DNA from: the human T2T-CHM13v2.0 reference genome, Homo sapiens
Length of the DNA stretch: 64,000 nt
Reading direction: 5' to 3' (one strand)
NCBI RefSeq assembly: GCF_009914755.1
Contig: NC_060936.1
In this document: piece by piece, positions 42,321-60,174 of the stretch
How the letters are laid out: each line of letters starts with the position of its first letter
How positions within the stretch are numbered: position 1 is the stretch's first letter
Translations under genes and position numbers: made by a program
The notes under the pieces: generated by a model
Seen by the model: only the letters and a program-made list of their open reading frames with translations
Told to the model about the DNA's origin: nothing
The model's database searches: none

Positions 42321-42639
42321 AGATTCATTATGTGGTTGTATCAATAGTTTGTTCCTTTTATTGTTTCCTTCTTATGGATATACCATAGACTGTCTATCCA
42401 TTTGCCAGCTGAAGGAATCGGGGTTGTTTCCAGTATTTGGTGATTATAAGTAAAGCCAACATAAGTTTTGTGGCAGTTACAATATATGACAGAATTGCTT
42501 CCCAAAGGATTTAATAAACTAATTCATAGTAAAAACAATACTATCTGAGCATTTCCATTTCATAATATCCTCTTCAACACTGGGCATTACTTAAGGATTT
42601 GTTTTCTCCAAAATGGAAGTATCTTTTATTCTGATCATG

Positions 42640-43130
42640 AAAGTAACACGTGCTCATGATTTTATGTCACTCAGCCCTCTGATCCGAAACCTAAATATAC
42701 TCCATTTTGTCTCTTTTGTTAGAGCATGACCCCCAGAATTGGCATAGTGTTCCAGGTGTGGATTGGATCCAGTGTCTTTTCTGCATGATATATTCCTTTT
42801 AATACAGCCCAAGTTTAAGTAGCTTTTTTGGCAGCCACATGCACTTGAGTCATATCGAATCATCTAAAACTCTAAAGTGTTTTTCACATGTGCTGACATT
42901 AAGCCACACCTCCCCCATCCTGTATTTCTGCAGATAGTTTTTGGACCTTCAGTGAAAGACTCACATTCATCCACAGTTCAGTGTCACATGTAGCCTCAGT
43001 TTCTAGCTTGTTGAAGCCTTTTTTGAATCCCCACGATTAACACACCATGAGGGGCCTCACTCAAGTCATTAAAGAATGTTTAACACGACAGAACCTAGGT
43101 CAGAGATCCAGGGAAAAGCTCATCACAGTC
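42640..43130 (-). mobile_element. L3/CR1 fragment
   Basis: ccccagaattggcatagtgttccaggtgtgg...aatacagcccaag...ggcagccacat resembles the antisense CR1 RT region. Confidence 0.55.
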
Positions 43131-44302
43131 AACAGACACAGAACTCTTTCTGTTAAGAATACTTTTTTATTTTCCAGTTTCTAGTTGGTATTTTTGTGGG
43201 AAGTAAATTGCTATCTCATATGCGATTAGTGAGAACTAACATTTGTGATTATTATATTAATTGAGACTCTTTTTGGTATCTGATTATCAGTACCATGCTT
43301 ATTATGTATATCATTAATGCAGTTTTTATTGTGGTATTTTATCACCACAAACTGTATTTATTACTAGTCTATACTTATTTAAAACATTGAAGTGTTTTTC
43401 CTGAGACTTTAAACCACATCCTAAGACCACACTTCCCAAACATATGGTAGCAGTGACCAGAGACATAAAAATCACACCATTGATGAGAGAGTAATGATTC
43501 TAAGACCTGCCCCAAACCTCAAATAGGATAGCAATGTCATGGCTGCTCCTAATTTAGATGGGACGAAATCAACAAAAAGGAACTGCTGGCCGAGGATAGT
43601 TAATATTCAAAAGCAAAAGAAATGTATCTGTAAATAAGGAAGATAAATCTCATTATAATATCCACTGCTTTTTTTTGGATGTGGTCTTCCAGCAGTAGTA
43701 GATAAGTATATTATTAATGAAACAATTGTGTTAGTGTTCCATAATTATACAAAAAGGGAAAATAGGACAAGGCATGAATAATTAATGAAAGGAAACCAGA
43801 CTCTTAAGTGGGGTGGGGGGGACATATAAGAAAAGGTAACAGCCATCTGTGAGTCTGGTCTGAGGACCAGAGGATGGCTGACATTTTTGGGGCCAGATAG
43901 ACTATCTTTCTGCTGTTCTTCTCCTTTCCTGGCAATATACTGGAAGAGATTGAAACAGAACATCAAGGCAACCCCACACATGAGATGGAAATTTAAAAAA
44001 TGTTCCAGATATGAGCATAACTCCCTTTGGTTAGACACCTAAGCCATTCTTTTAGCAATGGTTGAAGCCAGTCCTCTGACTTGCAGTAAGTTCTCGCAAG
44101 AAGCTACAGTTCCGAGGCCTATTTATTTTGGCCTCATTTTTATCCCTACTTTTACTTTGGTGACATTCCTTGAGTCTCACTCATTCCAGCATAGGGACAG
44201 GACACAGGTTGTTGAGGCAAATACTATGGGTTCATATAGAAAGTACCAGATATTAACTATCTCTGGCCAGAGTTTTTCCCCTAGGTCCTTACAAGTAAGT
44301 AC

Positions 44303-45112
<810 letters not shown>

Positions 45113-45674
45113 TCAAGCAGTCTTTAAATCTTCATTTCCCACTGTGTGCTTTGTATTGAGCTCCAGGCCAAATCGGACTGTTTTCTTTGCTTTCCCACCT
45201 CTAAACTTTGCCCATGCCCTTCTATCTGATAAAAAGCCATCTTTTCCACATAGGCCTGCTAAAATCTTTTCATTCCTTTAATGATTCCTTTTTAGATTCC
45301 TTTAATCTATCATTCCTTCAAGATTTTGCTTGTTCATTTGTTCAGCAAATATTTGAGGGCTGCTATGTGTTAGGCACTGTTCTAGGAGGTGAGGGTATAG
45401 CCAAATACACAATCTCTGCTTTCAAAGAGCTTACATTCTAATAGTTCATCCCACTAGAAGGCAAGTTCGTCTTAGACCATCTCCTTCATTATCTTTTTTA
45501 CCTTTCCTAAATTGATACAATCTTTACATAGATCATGATGAGGAAGGAGGTAATATATTTGAAGTGACCACTGTGGCCAAGCACAGAACATTGCAAAATG
45601 CTTTAATTTTAAAAGCATGTGTCCTAAATGTAGAAGGAAGGATAACTAGAAATACAGAAAGTTATGGTCAGAAA

Positions 45675-46078
45675 GCCGGGGGTGGTGGCATGTACTTGTA
45701 ATTACAGCTACTTGGGAGGCTGAGGCAGGAGGATCACCTGAGGCCAGGAATTTGAGACCAGCCTGGTCAACATAGCAAGACCTTATCTCCTTTTTTTTTT
45801 TTTGACCTTATCTCAATAAGGTGGATGCACCTGTAGCCTCAGCTACTTGGGAGGCTGAGGCATCAGGATTGCTTGAGCCCAAGAGTTCCAGGCTGCAGTG
45901 AGCTATGACTGCACCACTGCACAGCAGCCTGGGTGACAGAGCAAGACCCTGTCTCTTAAAAAAAAAAAAAATTATGGTCAAAGCAAAAGCAGTAATAAGT
46001 AGGATGACCTTAGATGATCCACCTTCCTTGGCCTCCCAAAGTGCTAGGAGTACAGGCATAAGCCACCACGCCCGGCCT
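45675..46078. mobile_element. Rearranged Alu monomers (+ ~45675-45790, + ~45820-45970, - ~46010-46078)
   Basis: Alu arm fragments in mixed orientation. Confidence 0.75.
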
Positions 46079-46471
46079 AAACTGCCATTTTTAATGAATT
46101 GTAAAGAACAGAAGAGGTACCAGAAGCTTAGAAATAGAAAAAAGTACACGTTAAAAGGGGAGGCGGGTAATTGAACGAGGGGCCATGATTTCAAAATTTC
46201 CATCCATTGGTTCCAACTCTGTGCCTTCAGCGCTTGTTCTCTTTTAAAGTATTGATAGACTACTATTGTGCATCCAGTCAGTCTTGTTTTGTCACACTAA
46301 AAATTTCAAGATAAGTCCATAACAGGAGCATAAGTAAGATACTGCAAGGTTCTGACCTTGGCCTCAACCTTACTCAAGATCATATCACTTAGCTTGGTTC
46401 CTGCCATACTTAGCAAAGGACCCTATACATGCTAGATACTTATTGAAGATTTGTGGACTGGACTTAAATAA

Positions 46472-48370
<1,899 letters not shown>

Positions 48371-48686
48371 GAGAGTGCAGAGGGGCAGTGTGGCATGATA
48401 GGAAAAAGCACAGACTTTGGAGATAATTCAGAGATCGAAAACGTCGTATATTGGCCTTAGGATCTTGGTCAAGTCACCTAACCTCTTTGGATCACATTTT
48501 CCTCATCTCTAAAAGGGACACTAATACCTCTACCTCAGAAGGTTATTGGGAGGATTAATTTATTTGAGTAGTGTGTATTTGTTACATATTGGGGACTCAA
48601 CAAATAATTGCTGTGTGCAGAAATCCCTTTAACTTAAACAATTATGATCGTTGGACTTAGAGCTGCACCATTTTAGCTTTGTCTCT

Positions 48687-51457
<2,771 letters not shown>

Positions 51458-54400
51458 TGGGAGATTAATTTTGAATTTTGGCCTTGTGGCCTTGCAAAAC
51501 CACAACTAGTAGGAGCCGTTTCACTGATGCATACTCAATGCTCCCTAGCCTAGCATCCGCACAATGCCTTTTCTGGCCATGGCGGAGAGCACTTCAAAAG
51601 GAGGCCCTGCGGAGGGTGGGGTGGGTAGAGGAGCATGGTAGGGAATGGGAGGGGCAGGTGTCTTCCAAAGTTTGCAGTTCTCCTAACTTGTTTTGCCCTA
51701 GGTCCGCTGAATGCAGTATTACAGTCATGGCAAATGTCACCGTACTGATGTGCTTAACATAGATGTAATGTTTTCTAGAGGGTACGCTAAAACTCTTGGA
51801 GGGAGTGGGGGGTGGGGGTTATAAATCTTTATGTTATTTTTCTGTTAATGTCAAGGAACAGTTCATCCTTCTGGGTCTGTATGTTTAAACTGAGAGTGAA
51901 TATTAATAGGAATTTACGGTACTCATGTTGGAAATTGCTACCCTCATTTAGAAACCATTAACCTTTATGTTAATAAAATAATGTTTTTAAATGAGCATAT
52001 GAAATCTGTGTTGAACAGCTGCGGTCTTTCCGGAACACTAACTTAAAAAATGCTCAGCATACTTTTTGAAAATCAAAAGCATGTGGGTGGGATGAAGTCA
52101 CCTGAGCAATTTTCTATAATTACAACTTTCAAGGCCTTTTCCTTTGTCTTTTTCCAGCTAACCTAAAATACACATGCACGCATGTGCACCCTCACACAGA
52201 CGGCAGCACAAACCTGTGATTTTCTTCTTTCTCTCTATGGACTTTTTGGCCTTGTTTTTGTTAAATAGTTGCAGTTCCCTAGGAGGATATGTGTTGTCTT
52301 GTTCCTTCTCTAGTTTATTTGAAACCTTATATCTTTGAGAACTTTGGAACTCCCCAGAACAGGCTAGATGTCCACCTAGACTCCCAAGCTTTGAATGCCC
52401 TGTCCTAAAGTATTTCTAGGTGCGTTGGATCTAAACTGATTCCCCTAGGGTGACAGTGGAAACCCCAAAATGCCGACATCCTAGAGAATGACCAGGAACA
52501 TGCTCAAGTTGTTACACAGTTTTTTGTACGTGCTGAGGTTCCTCAGTGCCATCCTGGTCAGCCAGTACTGGAATGTGACAGAACTGGCATTTGTGCCCAG
52601 GAACAGCCTACGCTGGGAATTCGCTTCTGCATTCTGATAATTAAGTCTGCTGTGCTGCTAATATTGTTCCCTGAAGGAAGGAGAGCTAGGGAATAATATC
52701 ATTCCCACTTGTACCTTTTAATTAACAGAGGAGTGGAATGGAAAGAGTTTTAAAGAAGACTTTGATGAGAGAAGATCGGTACCTGACATAGTCTGGTAAT
52801 TCCATCATTGTCGAACACATTTTAAGAATACCACCGCCAGTTTTTTCAATGAGCTAACTGAAAATAATTCTAAACTTTGGCTTATTTTATGTGTAGAATA
52901 AAATTATTGATTTTCCAAGAGCATTCATTAAGAAGTGCCTTGCTAAGAAGTGTTAAGCGTGAAGTAGTGTAATATGTCTGTCCTACTATTTTAGGGGTCA
53001 CTCCTTCTTCATCTTCCTCTTCTCTTTCCTCTAAGTAACCAAAGCTCTTCACCTAGAATGGAATTTGGGGCTTACATTTTCCTTACTATCATATAGCTGT
53101 TTCTTGTTACCGAAAGCAGAGAGAGCTTTTTCAGGGAGGTTAAAATTATCGTTATCTTGTTATAGTGTTATTTTTTCCTTCTTAGTAAGTTAGGAGCAAT
53201 GCTTTGTCTTCCTGAAGCTGTCTGAAAAGATGCTTGTATACATGTGTATAGCGCTTTGGGTCATAGAAATTAGGTGTTATGTCATCTGTTTCAGAAGATG
53301 CACTAATGCATCAAAAACAAGTGACAGGGAAAACAATGCAGTGAGTAATCTTGTTGCCTCAAAACTGAGCAAACGTTTTGGGAGAGCAAGTTCTTGCGGG
53401 ACATCACTAAATAAGAATGAGTTGATGTCACACTTGGCAAGAAGCAACTCTTTAAAATTTTTTTTTTCCATACAAATAGTACAACATGACTGGGAGGAGG
53501 GACTGTGGGCAAAGGGTAAAGAATTATGGAGGGAAAATGAGCAGGAGAAGGAATGTGAGAATGAGCTGCTTGCTACAAAAATAATTAATATGTAATCAAA
53601 GCCATGTTTGTTTTGTCAGGAAAAATCTGAGTCAGAACATGAGCTGATGAAGGGGAGAGATGTTTACCATGTCCTCCCCCACACCCTCAGAGGGCCGTTG
53701 TGTGCAGATCCCTGCGGAGGGTTGTGTAACCATCTTGACTCATTTTCAGGGAAGAATGGCCCCTGTAGCTCTTTTGGCTCAATATAATGCTGCATCAAGG
53801 ATGAGTGAAGAAGTCTCTGGAATACAGTGCTATCAAACTCAAAATATGGCCATTTTAATGAGAATTTCCAAACACTAGGAGGCAATACTGTGCAGACCTT
53901 GTGCCACCACCTGCCTCCCCCTTCCCAGATATCTGTGCGATATTGGGAATTCAGGCAGCCCAATCGATAGCTGATTTTACCTTTTCCTACAAGGCAGAAA
54001 ATGTCAAGATTAGCCAACTATTTATTGAAATTAGTTGGAGTTATCTGGCTACATGAGTGTCTGTGGTCCAGTGTATCATAATAAGAGTGGGAGAGACGGT
54101 TGGGGTGCTACTGGCATCTTGGGTGGGCCAGCCTTTATTGTGTGTCACTGCCGTGTATTGGCAATTTTTGTCCCTGCCCACTGAATTGCCAGTGGTGCCC
54201 CAGTCTCTGCGATGGCCAGGAGAGGCCTTCCTTCTTCCAGATTACCTCTGTGTGTTTCAGGGGGGCTAAAACAGTATGTGTTTTACAGTATTACTAAGCA
54301 GCACAGTTTTCTTTGTTGTTCCTTAGCATAAAGATCTTGGAAAGTTTTAAGAAGTTGTGTGTTTATACTGTAGCATAGGTTTCATTCAACCTATCACTCC

Positions 54401-55739
54401 TATTCACTCCTCAGAGTGAATTTCAGGGAAAAACAACAGTATTGGGGGAAAAAGTTTGGAAAAATTGGATGGAGGGAAGGAAAAAAAAAGGTGAATTGCA
54501 AAAGGGTTTCTTACGTAGCCCACTATTGTTCCCCAAATCAACACTCACTCTCCAGCTCTTTGGGTGGTTGCTCTGCATTTTCAAGAGGCAGCCTGGGGTG
54601 GAGGTCAGGGTTGCAGGTAAGGTAGAGGGGAAATAAGAGAGGACAGGGAAGAGGCAGGCATGAATAAAAGATTTGGATTGGAATATAAAGATGGAATACA
54701 ATGGAGATAATGAAAGACCATAACAAAGAAACAGGAGATTTTACATGGCATTGTTAAGCTTACAATGTTGGCATTTTGGGGACAATTCTGAGTACCACAG
54801 ATCTAGAACTTCTAAAAGAAAAACCCTCTGAGATAATTACAGCAGTTAAAGACCTTCACATACATGTTGAATTAATAGTATTTAATGTCCCTTTGTAGGT
54901 TTCAATCTTTTAAGCCTGTCCTGCCAAAGACTGTGTCCTTCTAGGTGCTTAGCCAGTAATTTAGGTGTACTGTCACCAGTTGTTTCCGTCATGACTTCTA
55001 AGTCTCAGCAGCCATTTTCCCTTAGGTTTTATTAACTGAGTCAGTAACTCAAAGTGTCATTGTTTTCCACTCATCTGGACTTTCTGAAAATAACACAGTG
55101 CTTTATTGGAAAAGCTAAGCATAGACATTAGCCAAATGTTTGCTAAAAATTAACCAAATTAAATGTTATTAAATAAGATGTGCAAATAGAGGAAAATTTT
55201 GAGAAGTATGAACAAATCCCACTAATCTTTGTTGTCAGTCACTACTTAGAACCTTGGCTTCGCACCAAGGCTGAATTAAGTTGAAGAATGTTTTCCGTAA
55301 TGCTTCCCCTACCTTTTAAGTTGGTTTGAAAACATTCAGTTGCATGTGTACCACTGGATTTTTAGCTTTTTCACTAGTTGTTACCCTGGCAGCCTTGATT
55401 CAGTGAAAATCTTGTTTTTATCACAGGCTATTTCTCTGAGCAGCCAATGTTTCACGCTCTCTCCCTGTCTAATTGTCTGGCCTTGGTAACTCTTAGCAAG
55501 AGTTGAAATTACCTCGGTCAACCACATGACAAAAGAGTGGGCATGGGTTTTCCTGAATGTCTCCTGAGGTGACCAAGGGTGGAGTGGTGGTAGCATAATA
55601 AACCCCATGGGAAGTGGAGCCATAGATTCCATCAGCTTTGCAGAGGGGCCTTAGACCCAGCAGGGTTTAAGAAACTGCTGTGGATAGGATGCCTTGTCCT
55701 CCATAGAGATTATCAGCTGCTACCTAGAATTTCTTTTTC

Positions 55740-56500
55740 ATTTGCAGTATGTCAGCATACAGAAAAAAAAAAAAAAAATAGCAAACACCTGTGTATTCAT
55801 CAAATTTGTCATATTTTAATATTTTGCCATGTTTGCTTCAGATCTCTTTCCCTGCAGGAAGAAAAATACACGTTTCAAATAAACAACGCCCCCTCCCCAT
55901 CCTTTATATCCTTCCCTGATATTCCCTCCTCCTCCCACTCCACAGGGAATTATTGATCTGATTTTGGCATTCATCATGCCCATGTGTTTTCTTCGTGGCT
56001 TGTCTTTTTCCTACATGTTTTTGTATATCTAAGCGGTGTAGAATATTCTTTCACTTGTTTTGACTTTATATAAGTTGTGTTCTATATGTATCCTTCAGCT
56101 ACTTGTGTAACTTTCTTTTTTCTTTTCCTTATAATTTTGAGATTTATCCATGTTGATATATGTCTCACTTATTTTCACTGCTGCGTAGTATTCCATCAAA
56201 TGAATATTTCACAGTGTATCCATTGACTTATTAGTGAATATTTGAGTTGTTTCCAGTTGTTTTACTATTAAACAGTTTTGCAGTGGACATCTTTGTACAT
56301 GTCTCCTTTTGCACATGTATGAGAGTTTTCTCTAGGGTATGTAACTAGGAACAAATTGCTGTCTAGTAGGGCACATGTATTTTCAGCTTTACTAGATACA
56401 GTCAATTTACTCTTCAAAGTAGTTATGCTCTTTTATCGCCTTACTAGCTATATATTAGAGTTCCTGTTGTTCCACATCCTCAGTAAAACCGGATATTGTC
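55740..56500 (-). mobile_element. L1ME-like 3' fragment
   Basis: ttttgagatttatccatgttgat...gtagtattccat...gttgtttccagtt...ttcctgttgttccacatcct. Confidence 0.7.
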
Positions 56501-56950
56501 CCAGCTGTTCCTTGCTTATTGATTAATTTAAAGACAACATCGTGCTTAGCAACCATCTCAAACATAGGGTCAGATGCAAACTTAATTTTCTTATACCATG
56601 CTTCTTCCTTTTAAAAGAATTGTTTTGATTTCTGAGTTACAAATCCAAGATAACTATAACATAGCTTTTTTGCCATATTTATTTTTTTAATAATTTTTTT
56701 TCTGATCACGAAATGAATATATGATTATTTTAAGGAACTTGGAAAACAAAATGACAAAAAAGAAAATTAAAAATTCTACCTAGACATAGCCATTGTTAAT
56801 AACTTGCTATATTTTTCCTTCTAGTGTAGACCTATGTAAAGTATACATTTACTTTATAATTAAAATTTGTCATTTTATATCACAATTTTACTTAAAATTC
56901 TATTGTGGCATTTCCCATGTCATTGGATATTGTTTGAAAACATCATCTAA

Positions 56951-57258
56951 GGCCAGGAGCGGTGGTTCACGCCTGTAATCCCAGCACTTTGGGAGGCCAA
57001 GGCGGGCGGATCACGAGGTCAGAAGATCGAGACCATCCTGGTTAACATGGTGAAACCCTGTCTCTACTAAAAAAAAAAAATACAAAAAAATTAGCTGGGC
57101 GTGGTGGTGGGCGCCTGTAGTCCCAGCTACTCAGGAGGCTGAGGCAGGAGAATGGCGTGAACCCGGGAGGCGGAGCTTGCAGTGAGCCAAGATGGCGCCA
57201 CTGCACTTCAGCCTGGGCTACAGAGCGAGACTCCGTCTCAAAAAAAAAAAAAAAAAAA
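56951..57258 (+). mobile_element. AluY
   Basis: Y diagnostics, CpG-rich, long A-tail. Confidence 0.92.
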
Positions 57259-59445
57259 GTGTAAACAGCTGGATAACATTTCTTTTTGTAAATATAAATA
57301 TAGTTTAATCATTCTCCCATTGGAGGACATTTTGGGTATTAAAATGATACTGGAGTACAAAATCTTGGTGCATAAATTTCATCTGAGTTTGTTTCTTTGG
57401 GATAGATTTCTAGAAGCCAGTAACTATTCATGGAATTAGATTGGATAGCTGATAAAAGCAGGGCATCAAGGGAGAAAAAAGAGTCGAGAGAGCAAAACAA
57501 CATGCTTAAGGATCATGAGATTCGTGAATTCAGCTTCTATCATATTTGAATTGAGTGGCAAATTTGTCTCTTACCTGAATTTGGAGACCCTTCTCTAATT
57601 AGGGATGATTATTAGAGGGAAATTCTGCCCTACTGTGGACACCAGAGAGTTGGTTGTGTGTTGTAGTGTTCAAGAGTTTTATCCAATATTCTGCTTCCTG
57701 CAGAGTTCCTGAATTGAGGGTCTTTTGTGGAATATCTCATTGAAGTAGACTTTTAACCTTGACTTGCTCAACATCTGATCAGAAGCAGCTCGTTGTCATA
57801 TAAGGAAATCTGCTCTGTTATGGAACATCTTTGAGTAGTTGAGTTCCCCTTTTTCCCATAAGTCCAAATTTGATTCCCTGTCACCTTCAATTGTTCTTTA
57901 ACTTGTTTTTAAACAAAAGTCTCCCTAAAAATAATTCCAGAAGTATTTGAACTTTATTTCTCTATTAGCTTCTACTGTAATTAACATGAAAACAAACATG
58001 TTTTAAAGTCTTTGTTTCCTTCTAAGGTATAATTTAGCTTTATCACGTCTTCATAGTGAAAGTTGTATACGTGAACGTTGGTAGGATAGAAAAACTTTCC
58101 ACATAGTTTTATACTTGGTGCCCAGAAAACTTCCAAAGTGTTTAGGTACTACTCATTATTATTTCTTAGAAATTGAATAGAAGCAGTGGCTTGAGTATAC
58201 ACAGTCCCACTTTTTCGTTAATAATAACCACATTTCCCTTTTTTTTTTTGCACAAAAGTGTTACATGTATTTTCTCGTTTAATCCTTGTACAACCTATTA
58301 GGGTAGGTATTTTCCTCATTTGGCAGATGAGGGTGCTGAGGCTCAGAGAGATGAAAGACCTTTCCTGTCACACAGCTATTAAGGGCAGAGCTAGGATTTA
58401 AACTCAGATCTAATTCTAAAACCTGTATATTTAACTAGTTTGCACATCTGTCTCCCTGACTTAATTGCATCATAAAATCAAAGATATTTCTCTTCAAAAT
58501 ATGTTCATGTTGGATTATTTGGCTGTTTCACTGTTAGAGGTCTGTTGCTTCTGCTGGCTTTTCTGTGGCAATCCCAGCTGCTCTTCCCCGTGGCTTGGGC
58601 ACACCAAGGATTTCCTTTCTGTGATTGCCCCATATCTCCCTAGTCCGCTGTGGGGGGCACCTTCCTGCTTCTGAGGAAACTGAAGCAGGAGATGAGGAAA
58701 GGGTAACAATTAATTACATACTTTTTTTTCCCGAGTATTATCAACCAACATGTTCCATAAAGGAGCATGTTTTCACAGCTGTGTGCTTTAGAAACAGGGA
58801 GAAAGGTTTGAGTTTTTATGACTGAGGTATCTTCAACAAAGGCTGTGATGTACACGCTTGATGGACTTGGAACGTGGAAACCCATTCCCTCCCTCAGCCC
58901 TGGGATTGGAATCTTTGTGTTTATGGTCACATGAGTATTCAGATATGTTATCTCTGAATGTGATGCCCTGGTCAGAGAACCAAGGAGTGGACTTGCTAGA
59001 TTATATGATTTAATTACCCTAGATCAATCAAGCTTTGACTTACTGATGGCAGGATATATTGTGTATTTTTTCCTAGTTGCTAGAGGAAAGGAACAAAGTT
59101 TAATCCTTGGCTTTGTTGACCTTTGGTATCACTTTTATCTTGTAGTTCCGTATAACTGCCTTTGTAGACTCTTCAAAAGGCTGAAGGCAAGTGATTTATA
59201 GATAAGGGCTCATTCAGTACTTGCACAAGAAGAGCCCATATCTTCAAATATGGGTGACGTAAATTTACTTCAGAAACAGAAATGAGCTCATTTATTTGGA
59301 GAGATGTGAACAGAATGTGCGTCTTTTGCTCCGGGTGAGAAATAAATTTAAATTCAGAACTTTGCTTGGGGGAAATGAAATGGAGGAACTAGGCACTTGA
59401 GCCTCTTGGAAATTAGAGATCTTTAGCCAAGGCCCAAGGGAGCAC

Positions 59446-59779
59446 TGTCTTGGTCCATTTATAACAAAATACTGGAGACTGGGTAATTTATAAAGAACAG
59501 AAATTTATTTCTCACTGTTCTGGAGGCTGGGAAGTTCAAGATTAAGGTTTGTTGAGTGCTGCGTCTTCTAGAGTGGATGAACACTCTGCCCTCAACTGGC
59601 AGAAGGAGAATGGGCAAAAAACAGGAGTAACTCCCCTGCTGAGCCCTTTTGTAAGGGCAGCTAATCCCATTTACCCAGAGAGGAGCCCTCATGGCCTAAC
59701 CACCTCTTAAAAGCCCCACCTCCTATTACTGTCATTGGCAACACCTACATTTTGGAAGGGACCCATTCAAACCATAGCA
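59446..59779 (-). mobile_element. MSTC/MSTD-like MaLR solo LTR
   Basis: TG...CA ends; perfect 5-bp TSD AGCAC at 59441-59445 and 59780-59784. Confidence 0.85.
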
Positions 59780-59859
59780 AGCACCAATAGTATGTTTCAG
59801 AACTCATCCACATAGGAGCACTCCTCAGCATGTCCAACAGCAGTCTGTGGAGAACTACT

Positions 59860-60174
59860 TTTTTGTTTTGGTTTGGTTTTTTGTTTTCTTTTTTGTGACA
59901 CAGTCTCTGTCGCCCAGGCTGGAATGCAGTGCCATCATCTCAGCCCACTGAAATCTCTGCCTCCTGGGTTCAAGTGATTCTCCTGCCTCAGCCTCCCAAG
60001 TAGCTGGGATTACAGGTGCCCGCCACCACACCTGGCTAATTTTTTTGTATTTTTATTACAGATGGGCTTTCACCATGTTGGCCAGGCTGGTCTCAAACTC
60101 CTGGCCTCAAGTGATCCACCCACCTCGGCCTCCTAAAGTGCTGGCATTACAGGCATGAGCCACCGCGCCCGGCC
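59860..60174 (-). mobile_element. AluSx-like
   Basis: TSD gagaactacttt. Confidence 0.9.

Noticed and set aside
45262-45320. Four ATTCCTT(T) units with short spacers
   Set aside because: Short degenerate low-complexity repeat; not CRISPR-like or satellite
53230-53595. 121-aa ATG-initiated ORF in unique sequence
   Set aside because: No recognisable domain, promoter or splice context; length is compatible with chance
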